Shown: positions 10,880 to 19,861 of the stretch, piece after piece
Layout of the letters: the number at the start of each line of letters is the position of its first letter
Position numbering within the stretch: position 1 is the stretch's first letter
DNA from: Thermodesulfobacteriota bacterium
Lineage (GTDB): Bacteria; Desulfobacterota_D; UBA1144; Nemesobacterales; CSP1-2
Length of the DNA stretch: 64,000 bases
Direction of reading: 5' to 3'
NCBI GenBank assembly: GCA_035559815.1
Contig: DATMAT010000052.1
Span: 12,219 to 76,218 of the forward strand
Translations under genes and position numbers: made by a program
Notes under the pieces: generated by a model
What the model saw: the letters and a program-made list of their open reading frames with translations, nothing else
Databases searched by the model: none
Told to the model about the DNA's origin: nothing

Positions 10880-12094
10880 ATGAAAATAGTGATACTGCAA
10901 GGCGATGGAATGCCCGATCATCCCGTCCCGGAACTAGGAAATAAAACTCCTCTCGAAGCGGCGAACACACCGAACATGGATGACCTGGCCAAAAGAAGCA
11001 TCTTTGGCCTGGTAAAAACTATCCCCGACGAACTTCCACCTGGAAGCGATGTGGGGAATCTGAGTGTATTAGGTTATAACCCTAAACTCTACTACACCGG
11101 CCGGTCTCCCCTCGAAGCAGCGAGCATAGGAGTGCGTGTAAACGAGTCGGATGTAACGTTCAGATGCAACCTGGTCACTCTCAAGGAGTCAAACGGAAAA
11201 ACGATCATGGAGGATTATAGCGCCGGGCACATCTCCACGGAGGAAGCTAGAGGTATCATCCTGGATATAAAAGACGAATTGGAGAAGGAAGGTGAAATCA
11301 ATTTTTATCCGGGCGTCAGCTATCGCCATCTCCTGGTATGGCACGGTGGGGTTGACCGAATGAAAACAACGCCCCCACACGATATTTCCGGGCAGGAAAT
11401 AACGGCATATCTGCCAAATGGTGAAGGGGCAGACAAGTTAAAAAAACTGATTGATAAATCAAAAGGGCTTTTAAAAAGCCATCCGATAAACCGCAAAAGA
11501 ATAGAACAAGGCAAAAATCCAGCCACAAGCATCTGGCTCTGGGGACAGGGACGTGCACCCAAGATGCCTCGCTTTAAAGAACTATACGGAATTGACGGTG
11601 CGGTCATATCGGCAGTGGATTTAGTGAAAGGGATTGGTATTTACGCCGGGCTCAGGGTCATAGACGTACCCGGCGCCACCGGTTATCTGGATACAAACTA
11701 CGAGGGCAAGGTTGAGTATGCGCTCCGTGCACTCAAAGAAGTTGATTTGGTGATGATCCACATCGAATCCACGGATGAAACGGGGCATGAGGGAAAAGCA
11801 GATTTAAAAATCCGGGCCATAGAGGACTTTGACCATCGGGTAGTGGGGCCTGTTCTTCAAGGCATGAAAAGATTCGACGATTACAAAGTGCTCGTGCTCT
11901 CCGACCATCCAACCCCTATCGATTTAAGAACTCACGTAAACGAGCCCGTGCCTTTTGCTCTCTTTAGTTCAAAAGACGGGGGCCTAAAGGATAGCAGCCG
12001 GGTGTATTCCGAGAAATCCGCCTCTCAAACCGGAGTATTTGTGGATGAGGGATGGAAACTTGTGGGGATGGTTTTGGGTAAAAATCAAATTTAA
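10880..12094 (+). CDS. apgM: Cofactor-independent phosphoglycerate mutase, archaeal type (ApgM family, metalloenzyme superfamily)
   Basis: 404 aa; N-terminal MKIVILQGDGMPDHPVPELGNKTPLEAANTPNMDDLA and C-terminal DHPTP motifs typical of 2,3-BPG-independent PGM ApgM. Confidence 0.75.
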   Translation: MKIVILQGDGMPDHPVPELGNKTPLEAANTPNMDDLAKRSIFGLVKTIPDELPPGSDVGNLSVLGYNPKLYYTGRSPLEAASIGVRVNESDVTFRCNLVTLKESNGKTIMEDYSAGHISTEEARGIILDIKDELEKEGEINFYPGVSYRHLLVWHGGVDRMKTTPPHDISGQEITAYLPNGEGADKLKKLIDKSKGLLKSHPINRKRIEQGKNPATSIWLWGQGRAPKMPRFKELYGIDGAVISAVDLVKGIGIYAGLRVIDVPGATGYLDTNYEGKVEYALRALKEVDLVMIHIESTDETGHEGKADLKIRAIEDFDHRVVGPVLQGMKRFDDYKVLVLSDHPTPIDLRTHVNEPVPFALFSSKDGGLKDSSRVYSEKSASQTGVFVDEGWKLVGMVLGKNQI

Positions 12095-12099
12095 CAAAA

Positions 12100-12233
12100 A
12101 ACTGATGTACACGAATAAAGATTATAATTGTTTGCTGGTTTACGTGTTTACTCGTTAACACGATAACTCGCTAACTCGACAACTGAATGTTTATTCGTGC
12201 GAATTGTGTACATTAGTGGCTAATATCTAGTAA
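12100..12233. repeat. Second interspersed repeat family (CACGAATAAA / TTTATTCGTG words, GTTAAC palindromes, terminal TTAGTGGCTAATATCTAGTAAT)
   Basis: Related copies at 14000-14110 (inverted), 25795-25832, 26852-26895, 35955-35985. Confidence 0.7.
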
Positions 12234-12997
12234 TCTTTCTTCACTTCTTCCCAAAGCTCGTCCATTTCTTTTAGATTTAATTCCGACAAGTCTCTTCCCT
12301 TTTCTCGCGCCTTCTCTTCAACCTTGCTGAATCTTTCTATGAACTGGTCCACTGCCCTATGCGCAGTGCTCTCCGAATCCAGCTTTAGATGCCTGGCCAG
12401 GTTTACCAAAGAAAAAATCAAATCTCCCCATTCTTTCTCTATCGAATTTTTCAGGTCAGATTGGATTGCGCTCTCAAGCTCGGCTAACTCCTCTTTTACC
12501 TTTTCAATTACATCCTCCGGCTTTGCCCAATCAAAACCAACCTGGGAGGCTTTCTCCCCAACACGTTGTGCGCGAAGAAGGGCTGGCATAGAGCGGGGTA
12601 TCTGAAGAAGCGTTCTCTTTCTCTCTTTTTCCTTCATCTTCTCCCCATGCCATCTCTTTACCGCCTCCTCCGCATCTTTAGCCTTTTCCTCGCCAAATAC
12701 GTGGGGATGACGCCTGACCAGCTTGTAGTACAGTTGGTCTACTACATCATCAATGTTGAATTTTCCTTCCTCGCTGGATATCTGGGAGGCAAATATAATT
12801 TCGTAAAGAAGGTCTCCAAGCTCTTCCTTAAGCTCTTGGGTGTCGTCTGCTTCAATAGCCTGGATTACCTCATATGCCTCCTCAATAATAAAGGACTTAA
12901 GTGTGTTGAGCGTTTGTTCCCTATCCCAGGGACAGCCCTCCGGGCTTCTTAAGTACTTGGATAACTCCACTACATCTTGAAAACTCCTCTTCTTCAT
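12227..12997 (-). CDS. mazG: Nucleoside triphosphate pyrophosphohydrolase MazG
   Basis: 256 aa, tandem MazG domains with EExxE/DLLY motifs (EEAYEVIQAIE, ELGDLLYEI, EELAELESAIQ). Confidence 0.9.
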   Translation of the reverse strand: MKKRSFQDVVELSKYLRSPEGCPWDREQTLNTLKSFIIEEAYEVIQAIEADDTQELKEELGDLLYEIIFASQISSEEGKFNIDDVVDQLYYKLVRRHPHVFGEEKAKDAEEAVKRWHGEKMKEKERKRTLLQIPRSMPALLRAQRVGEKASQVGFDWAKPEDVIEKVKEELAELESAIQSDLKNSIEKEWGDLIFSLVNLARHLKLDSESTAHRAVDQFIERFSKVEEKAREKGRDLSELNLKEMDELWEEVKKDY

Positions 12998-13036
12998 TTT
13001 CCTTTTCCTTTCATGAATAAAGTGAATATCATCAGT

Positions 13037-13990
13037 TTATAATCTCCCTCTTAGAGTCCTTCCGTTCAAAGAAATACTGACAATGGAATCGCTTCCGTCA
13101 AAGACTATTCTCAAGGGGAAGGGAATTTTATTGGGAATCACGCCGAACCTCAAATCATAAAACTCAACAACGTGCCTCCCACCTTCCTCTTTGTATTCAG
13201 CAACCGGATAGTCGGCAAACCAGAAATACAGTTTAGTCACCTCAAGATTCTTTGCCAATTCTACGAATTGATTATGGTTGGTCTTGGCTATACGCTCAAA
13301 CCCCTCAGGATTTTTTCCAAACATGGAGAGATTCACTTTATAGAAGGCATCTTCAGTCTCTATGACTCCCATCCAGAAAAGCGGCGCCAGAGGCCGGGGA
13401 TACACTGAGGACTTTACAACACTTAGAGATTTATCTTTGGCAAACTCATCTACTTTTCCCGAATTCAGCTCCCTGGAGTAAAAGCACAATATTAGATACA
13501 GGGCCAAATAAGCAAAAATGCCGAAAGAAAACCTATTTGCAAATTCTCTTTTCCTCCGGCACAGAATCAAGCCCAGAATGACCGGAAGGGTGATGAATGG
13601 ATCAAGAATAAATACCAGATTCCAGCTATACCGCTTCATGCTCAACGGGTCAAAGATAACTGTTCCGTAAGAAGTTATGAGGTCAAAGAATATGTGAGAG
13701 TATATTCCCAGGGCGATCATCGCAACTATAAACCAATATTTTTTATAAGAGGAAAAACGATAAATTACTAATGCCAGAATAAAAGCGAATAGCGGAGCAG
13801 CAATCAACGAATGGGTTAATCCTCTATGATAGCGTAGGGAAAACTCAGGGCCCAGGAAGGTAGTCACTATATCTATGTCCGGGAATATGGCGCCTACGGT
13901 GAACGCAATCGTAGCCACCCGCCCTGCTTTCTGATAAAAGCCAGTCTTAGATGATAGCGTCCCAATTAGTCCGTGAGTGATGGTATCCAC
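13037..13990 (-). CDS. Membrane-bound metal-dependent hydrolase (YdjM/DUF457-like) with C-terminal soluble domain; GTG start
   Basis: MDTITHGLIG...HRGLTHSL motif typical of YdjM family; 4-5 TM helices. Confidence 0.55.
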   Translation of the reverse strand: MDTITHGLIGTLSSKTGFYQKAGRVATIAFTVGAIFPDIDIVTTFLGPEFSLRYHRGLTHSLIAAPLFAFILALVIYRFSSYKKYWFIVAMIALGIYSHIFFDLITSYGTVIFDPLSMKRYSWNLVFILDPFITLPVILGLILCRRKREFANRFSFGIFAYLALYLILCFYSRELNSGKVDEFAKDKSLSVVKSSVYPRPLAPLFWMGVIETEDAFYKVNLSMFGKNPEGFERIAKTNHNQFVELAKNLEVTKLYFWFADYPVAEYKEEGGRHVVEFYDLRFGVIPNKIPFPLRIVFDGSDSIVSISLNGRTLRGRL

Positions 13991-13999
13991 TTTATAACT

Positions 14000-14110
14000 A
14001 TTTAGCCACTAATTAACACGAATTTACACGAATAAATATTCGGGTGTCGAGTTAACGTGTTATCGCGTTAACGAGTTAATACGTAAACCCGTTAACCAGG
14101 AAACAATTAT
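14000..14110. repeat. Inverted copy of repeat family 2 (TTAGCCACTAATTAACACGAATTTACACGAATAAATATTCGG...GTTAACG palindromes)
   Basis: Reverse complement matches 12196-12233 and 25803-25832 motifs. Confidence 0.7.
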
Positions 14111-14149
14111 AATCTTCATTTGTGTTCATCCGTGTCTACTCGTGGCAAA

Positions 14150-15295
14150 TTAAACTCTAAACTTCTTAGGAAACCTCGTCAGATTGAGGCATCCTTTCCT
14201 TTTTACGAGTACGACATCCTCTATCCTGATTCCACCCAATCTTTCGTAGTAGAGGCCAGGCTCGACCGTTACCACGTTTCCTTCTTCAAGCACATCGTCT
14301 CCAGGCCCTATCCTCGGAGGCTCGTGGATTTCGAGCCCCAGTCCGTGACCGGTAGAGTGAATAAATCCCTCTCTTTTCCCGTTATTCGTTCCTGTCTCAA
14401 ACCCACACTTTTTAAAAAACTCAACCACTGCCTCATGCACTTCCCTCGATTTCACCCCCGCTTTTATAAGGCTAATTGCCAGCTTTTGACCTTTGAGAAC
14501 GGTTTGATACATCCTGTTGAGTTCTTTGCTCGGTTCGCCTTTAACCACGGTCCTGGTCATATCCCCGAAGTATCCGTTTTTCTGCGAACGGGGGAATATA
14601 TCGATGACGATGGGCTTTCCGGCGAAAAGCGGTCCCTCGCCGGTATGGTGAGGCATCGAGGATTGAATGCCGGGGGCAACAATCGTATGTTCAGCACTAA
14701 ATCCTAACCTGGAAAGCCCGGCGTTTATTTCTCCCTTTACCCTCTCCGAAGTCAGTACATTGCCGTTAAGAAAAAGTTTATCTTTCTTTATTTCGGAAGA
14801 GGCAATCATTCGGATAGCCAGCCCCATGGCCATGGCGGTTTTTTTAAGTGAGTCCTTTATGTAATTCACTTCTTCCGGTTTCTTCTTCAATCTCTCTTTG
14901 AAGAAGGGCTCTTCTTTCCGGTAATCGATCCTATAACCGAGTTTTCTCAACCCGTCTGCGTATTTTATGGGAAACCTTCCCGGGACGACCGCGCTTCTTG
15001 TTCTAAGCTCTTTAAACACCAGGGCCACGATGTCGGTGAGGCCTGCCTTTTTTTGCTTCTTCGGTGGAAGTATCTTTCTGTATTCGGATAGCGAGAGAAC
15101 CAAATCTGCCCGTGCCTCCTTCTTTCCCCTATCCAACTCTAAGTCGCTCAGAATGAGTATCTTCTTCCCTTTATGCTCGATATAAATAGCCGGGTCGGGG
15201 ATGAAAAACCTGGTCTTGTAATAAAGGTCGGCATTATTCTCGCTTGAATCTATTATCAGCAGGGTATCCTCTTTCATGGGAAAAACTATACCCAA
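14150..15295 (-). CDS. M24 family Xaa-Pro aminopeptidase/dipeptidase (creatinase-N + pita-bread fold)
   Basis: 381 aa; metal ligand motifs HSTGHGLGLEIHE, VTVEPGLY, IRIEDVV; TTG start at 15295 with AGGAAAG RBS (alternative ATG at 15277). Confidence 0.85.
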   Translation of the reverse strand: MGIVFPMKEDTLLIIDSSENNADLYYKTRFFIPDPAIYIEHKGKKILILSDLELDRGKKEARADLVLSLSEYRKILPPKKQKKAGLTDIVALVFKELRTRSAVVPGRFPIKYADGLRKLGYRIDYRKEEPFFKERLKKKPEEVNYIKDSLKKTAMAMGLAIRMIASSEIKKDKLFLNGNVLTSERVKGEINAGLSRLGFSAEHTIVAPGIQSSMPHHTGEGPLFAGKPIVIDIFPRSQKNGYFGDMTRTVVKGEPSKELNRMYQTVLKGQKLAISLIKAGVKSREVHEAVVEFFKKCGFETGTNNGKREGFIHSTGHGLGLEIHEPPRIGPGDDVLEEGNVVTVEPGLYYERLGGIRIEDVVLVKRKGCLNLTRFPKKFRV

Positions 15296-15345
15296 GGGTT
15301 GGCTTTCCTACCAAGAAAATAAAATTAACGATAAGAAAAAATATC

Positions 15346-15375
15346 TTGACTTCATATTTTGACCTGATCTATAAT
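15346..15375 (+). promoter_or_regulatory. Sigma-70-like promoter TTGACT-N18-TATAAT
   Basis: TTGACT 15346-15351, TATAAT 15370-15375; would read toward the 15561 gene. Confidence 0.4.
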
Positions 15376-15560
15376 CACCCTCATGGGCAGTGGTATAGGG
15401 GAGATGTTGGAAGGGAGAGGTTAGTTTATTAAAATCCTGAAATATTTATTTCTACTTCTTCAAAAATCCTAATTCTTTTCTACCAATAGCTTCCCGCTAA
15501 CAGGAATTAAATATATATATATGCCATCAGTAGCTAAGCCCTACTGTTTAGCTAGGAAGG

Positions 15561-16391
15561 ATGGGAATGTTAACCTCCACTCAGGGTTGGTCTATTAGGG
15601 GTATTTCCTTTCAATCTCTACAGGATCTTATAACCAAAAATAAAGGCCGAATAAGAATAAATAGTCTGCCTATCTCTCTATTAGCTTTAGAGAGAAAGCC
15701 AATACCTTCAACAAGAAATGATCTCAGGAAAAAGATCGGGTTGTTTCATTGGTTAATAATTTTATTGATTCTCTTCGTATTTGTAACTCCTACCCGCGGG
15801 GACTGGGGTATCCCCGATTCAGTCGGGGATCGAGAGGGAGGGGAGTCAGGGAACTACCTAATTGGAGAAGAAGCCGATAAAGAATCAAGAGAGCACTCAA
15901 AGAGTAAGTCCAATTTTGTCCTCACCATAAAAGACAACCTTGTATCTTTAGATGCAAAAGATGCTTCGTTAGTAGAGATTGTAGAAGAGATAGGAAGCAG
16001 GATGAAAATTGAAGTGATTTCCGATATCTCTGAAGAAAAGAAGGTTACTGTGAAGTTTGTCGAGCTTCCCCTAAAAGCCGCCATAGAGAGGCTAAGGGAG
16101 TTTGCGGATATTGCTTATATAACAGTTCCCAAAAATCCTCCCTCTAAGATCACTACCTCAGATCCCAAGGATTCGGAGGGGGAGGAAGGGAAGATTACAA
16201 AAATACTGGTGTTTCCTAAGGGCAAAGGAGTTGAAGTATCTGAGCCTGATGTCAGTACTAAGAAAGAAGAAGCCGTAGAAGAGGATGTTCCGCAAATGGA
16301 AGCTGAAGAGGAAAAGGTTGGCGAAGAAGAGGCTTCACAACCGGAGCCCTTTAAATTCGAGTTCGATCCCTCGGAGTTTGAGGAGGAGTAA
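15561..16391 (+). CDS. Membrane-anchored hypothetical protein with secretin/TonB N-terminal (STN)-like domain and highly acidic C-terminal tail
   Basis: TM helix IGLFHWLIILLILFVFV; segment NFVLTIKDNLVSLDAKDASLVEIVEEIGSRMKIEVI...VTVKFVELPLKAAIERL resembles STN / FecR-C-terminal-type domains; E-rich tail. Confidence 0.4.
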   Translation: MGMLTSTQGWSIRGISFQSLQDLITKNKGRIRINSLPISLLALERKPIPSTRNDLRKKIGLFHWLIILLILFVFVTPTRGDWGIPDSVGDREGGESGNYLIGEEADKESREHSKSKSNFVLTIKDNLVSLDAKDASLVEIVEEIGSRMKIEVISDISEEKKVTVKFVELPLKAAIERLREFADIAYITVPKNPPSKITTSDPKDSEGEEGKITKILVFPKGKGVEVSEPDVSTKKEEAVEEDVPQMEAEEEKVGEEEASQPEPFKFEFDPSEFEEE

Positions 16392-16484
16392 TAGCAATAT
16401 TGAAGATTTATGAATAAGGATTAGGGGTTGAGAAAATAAAATATTCTAACGCACGTATTATGCAAAGCGAAGGAGGATGGGGTC

Positions 16485-19400
16485 ATGAACGAAGTAAGAA
16501 ATAAAACAAAGGGAGTAAGTAGAAGGATTACCATATTCCTCTTCGTAATTGCCAAAGCCGCCGCTTTATTCGTGGCTAGTTCTTCCTCAAGCTTTGCAAT
16601 AGAATGCCCGGCGACCTGTCCCGGAACGGGGGTTGCGTGCACTTTTCCCCCATGCTGCTTTGTTTCTCCAGACGGAGTAGCCGAATGTGTAGAGTGCCTA
16701 AGTGACGATGACTGCTCTGAGGGTAACCAGTGCAACGTCGAAGCGCATACATGCACGCGACCGCCCACGTGCAGCAGTAATAGCGACTGCGTAGACCCAG
16801 TCCGCCCAATCTGTGATTCGGGCAATTGCGTGCCGTGCACAAAGGATGCCCAATGCAGCCCGTCAGTCTGCAATGAATCGTCAGGCCAATGCGTACAGTG
16901 TACAGCCGATGCCGAGTGCCCATCAGGCTTAGTTTGTAATGACACATCAAATACATGCGTACAGTGCGAGACTAAGGACAACTGCGCTCCTGACGAATTC
17001 TGTAACCCTGAAAAATTCACATGCGAAAAGCTACCACCTCCGGTGGATTTAACTATTGCCAACATAGAAATCACTCAAGCGATTCAGGACTTCGATAATG
17101 TTGTGCCCCTCGTTCAAGACAAGACCACCTATGTGCGTGTGTACCCCAAAGTGGATATAGCCGAAAGGCGTGTCGAGGCGCAGCTCCGTGGGTTTCGCGA
17201 TGGTATGGAGATTTCCGAGCCCTTAAGGCCAGTTAACCGCTTTGTCACTGTTCATCCAACTGGCGCCAAGCGCGACACGTTGAACGACAGTTTCAACTTC
17301 TGGGTGCCTCCAGCCTGGCGCTCTGGCACCGTGACGTTTCAGGCTGAAATTAACCCTAGCGGGGCGATAATTCCTGTCCCTGAGACAAATACCAGCAACA
17401 ATATTTTTAGGCGCACCCGAACGTTTATAGCAAAACCACCCGTCTGCATAACTATGATCCCAGTGCGTACCCATGGGTCGCTCTACACCGTGAATAGTCC
17501 CGGATTCTGGGGTATAATCAAGCGCTTCGAGAGCCTCTGGCCGGTACCCAAAGTCAACGTCTTTTACCAATCCACCCCGATCTCGAAGCTTGAGCCACCC
17601 TTTTTTAAATTTGTTCCCTATGAACTGCCCAAAAATAGTGCGAGGGTTCTTAATGCCTTGATTCAGCGTCGTTTCTTCAGCAGCGGAGTTGTGTGTCCAT
17701 CGGGGTCCCCATTCCGCACTGTGGGAATGGTCAGTCCGGATACCATTACGGGAGGTGTTGCAGGTGCCGCCTACCATACACACACCGTAGCTTGGGTGCA
17801 GATGGAGCCGTTTGGGGTGTTGTTCAACACGCCTCCTGGTGGGGTGACCATGGCTCATGAACTAGCCCATAACTTCGGGGATAAAAACCGCTGGAGGCAT
17901 GTTCCTTGTCCGCCACCGGGTCAACCGGGCGCACCAGACGACATCAACCCGGACTATCCATATCCTACAGACCAGATTGGACCTGACCGTCCCGATGCCT
18001 TCTGGGGATTCGACCCGATTAGCAAGGCGATTATTTCGCCGAAGCTTGGGAAAGACTTCATGTCCTACTGTCCCCAGGAGTGGGTTTCGGACTACAGTTG
18101 GGAAAACATATTCTTCGAAATCAATCTGCGCACCGTAGCTGCCCGATCTCACGAAACGGGGAATGCGCTGGTAGACCCCCATCAAAATGCCGAAATCCTG
18201 GTGGTGGGCGGAGTCATTGCTCCAGCCACGAATGTTGCGACCTTCGACTACGGCTACCGGCTATCCCAAGACATGGTCAGCGCGGAAACGTTGGAGGAAG
18301 TGCAGCCCGACCAGGATACAACCTCTGACCCTGAGACTACTTACGGACTGGAGTTGTTGGATACCAGTGGTGCTGTGCTCTCCTCACTACCTTTCGAACC
18401 CATAAAGGACACGGCGACTGAAAATGCTGAGCAAGGTTTCTTTCTGACTGTACCCTTCGATTCTAGGACGGCACGGGTGCGTATCACCCGGAACGGCAAA
18501 GAGCTGGGAGGGTTAACTGTCAGCGCGAATGCACCACAGGTTAGACTTCTGCAACCCATCGGTGGCGAGGTGATCACCGATCGCTTGACTATCCGTTGGG
18601 AGGCCAGCGATCAGGATAACGATCCATTGTTCTATACCGTCCAGTACAGCCCGGATTCAGGCGCAAGCTGGCAAACACTGGTCACTCAGACTCCGGAAAC
18701 AACCTTGACCCTAGATGATACCCTTAGTCTACCGGGCAGCGATCAGGCCTTGATCCAAGTAATCGCCAGCGACGGCGTTAACACCGGCTCGGCCACTTCC
18801 GATTCTTTCACCGTCCAGTCCCATGCACCGGTGGTCCACATTGATACTCCAAGCAATCAGGCTATCTTCGCGTTTAACAGTCAAGTCATCTTCACAGGTG
18901 GCGCTAGGGACGCCGAGGACGGTCCACTTGGCGATGAATCGCTGAAATGGCTCTTGAATGGTCAGGTGCTAGGTATCGGTGAGGAAATTGCCTTGGACGA
19001 ATTGGCGCCGGGTGATTATGACATCATGCTAGAAGCAGAGGACAGTGATAATAACAAAGCTGTCGCCAGCGTGACAATTACTATCGTGGATGGCATGCCC
19101 GTCGCCAGTAACGACAGCTATAGCACCCCTGAGAATACTCCACTGACGGTGGACGCGCCGGGCGTTCTGGGCAACGACATTGATGCGGAAGGCGACCCGC
19201 TAAGTGCGATACTGGTCAGCGATGTGAGCAAAGGTACGCTAACGCTCAACGCCGACGGCTCCTTCACCTATACACCTAGTGCTGACTTCAACGGTACAGA
19301 TAGCTTCACATACAAAGCGAATGATAGCACGGCCGACTCCAACGTCGTTACCGTCAGCCTAACGATTGGAATCGTTTCCATCGTGTGTCCAGATTGTATA

Positions 19401-19769
19401 CCACAGATTGTTAACGACCTTGTTACATTTAATCCTATTAAATCAACTTTTAGGACCACCTCTGATACCTCTGGTTGTCCATCCGGGTTTGTTGGGAAAT
19501 TTAGCTTTGAGTCAAGACTTACAAACATAAGCGATAGCTCACTTTCTGACCTTACAGTTCAGGTTGCAGAATTGACGAATGAAAACCTGTTACAGAATGC
19601 CAATGGAGGGCCGGATGGAGTAGGAGCGATATTGACAGTTCCAAGTGTAAGTGCTTATTCAGATGGGATACTTAGCCCGGAAGAATCTGTAGATGTTCCT
19701 TTTGTAATATGTTTAAAGAATAAAAACCCATTCAGGTTCTTTGTGGATGTGTTGGGGATAGTGCAGTAG
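16485..19769 (+). CDS. Giant secreted protein with five CxxCxxDxxC-type Cys-rich repeats, an HExxH zinc-metallopeptidase-like domain, tandem-95/Big_9 (VCBS-like) Ig domains, and a conserved ~120-aa C-terminal module
   Basis: Signal peptide; repeats CVECLSDDDC...CTKDAQC...CETKDNC; HELAHNFG motif; ANDSYSTPENTPLTVDAPGVLGNDIDAEGDPL...FTYTPSADFNGTDSFTY; C-terminus ...FFVDVLGIVQ shared with 22312-24411 protein; RBS GAAGGAGG. Confidence 0.8.
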   Translation: MNEVRNKTKGVSRRITIFLFVIAKAAALFVASSSSSFAIECPATCPGTGVACTFPPCCFVSPDGVAECVECLSDDDCSEGNQCNVEAHTCTRPPTCSSNSDCVDPVRPICDSGNCVPCTKDAQCSPSVCNESSGQCVQCTADAECPSGLVCNDTSNTCVQCETKDNCAPDEFCNPEKFTCEKLPPPVDLTIANIEITQAIQDFDNVVPLVQDKTTYVRVYPKVDIAERRVEAQLRGFRDGMEISEPLRPVNRFVTVHPTGAKRDTLNDSFNFWVPPAWRSGTVTFQAEINPSGAIIPVPETNTSNNIFRRTRTFIAKPPVCITMIPVRTHGSLYTVNSPGFWGIIKRFESLWPVPKVNVFYQSTPISKLEPPFFKFVPYELPKNSARVLNALIQRRFFSSGVVCPSGSPFRTVGMVSPDTITGGVAGAAYHTHTVAWVQMEPFGVLFNTPPGGVTMAHELAHNFGDKNRWRHVPCPPPGQPGAPDDINPDYPYPTDQIGPDRPDAFWGFDPISKAIISPKLGKDFMSYCPQEWVSDYSWENIFFEINLRTVAARSHETGNALVDPHQNAEILVVGGVIAPATNVATFDYGYRLSQDMVSAETLEEVQPDQDTTSDPETTYGLELLDTSGAVLSSLPFEPIKDTATENAEQGFFLTVPFDSRTARVRITRNGKELGGLTVSANAPQVRLLQPIGGEVITDRLTIRWEASDQDNDPLFYTVQYSPDSGASWQTLVTQTPETTLTLDDTLSLPGSDQALIQVIASDGVNTGSATSDSFTVQSHAPVVHIDTPSNQAIFAFNSQVIFTGGARDAEDGPLGDESLKWLLNGQVLGIGEEIALDELAPGDYDIMLEAEDSDNNKAVASVTITIVDGMPVASNDSYSTPENTPLTVDAPGVLGNDIDAEGDPLSAILVSDVSKGTLTLNADGSFTYTPSADFNGTDSFTYKANDSTADSNVVTVSLTIGIVSIVCPDCIPQIVNDLVTFNPIKSTFRTTSDTSGCPSGFVGKFSFESRLTNISDSSLSDLTVQVAELTNENLLQNANGGPDGVGAILTVPSVSAYSDGILSPEESVDVPFVICLKNKNPFRFFVDVLGIVQ

Positions 19770-19861
19770 AGAGGAAGTAATGTGGATTGAATGTAGATTG
19801 AACATTAATAGTTTTTATTCAAAAAATGTTCTAACGCGTATAGCGTGTAGAGTCAAGGAGG

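Noticed and set aside
14120-14707. 195-aa plus-strand ORF overlapping the M24 peptidase gene
   Set aside because: Antisense to a well-supported peptidase gene with intact catalytic motifs.
16421-17074. 217-aa and 126-aa minus-strand ORFs antisense to the Cys-rich repeat region
   Set aside because: Mirror images of the Cys-repeat coding periodicity (His/Cys/Thr-rich nonsense); plus-strand gene strongly supported.
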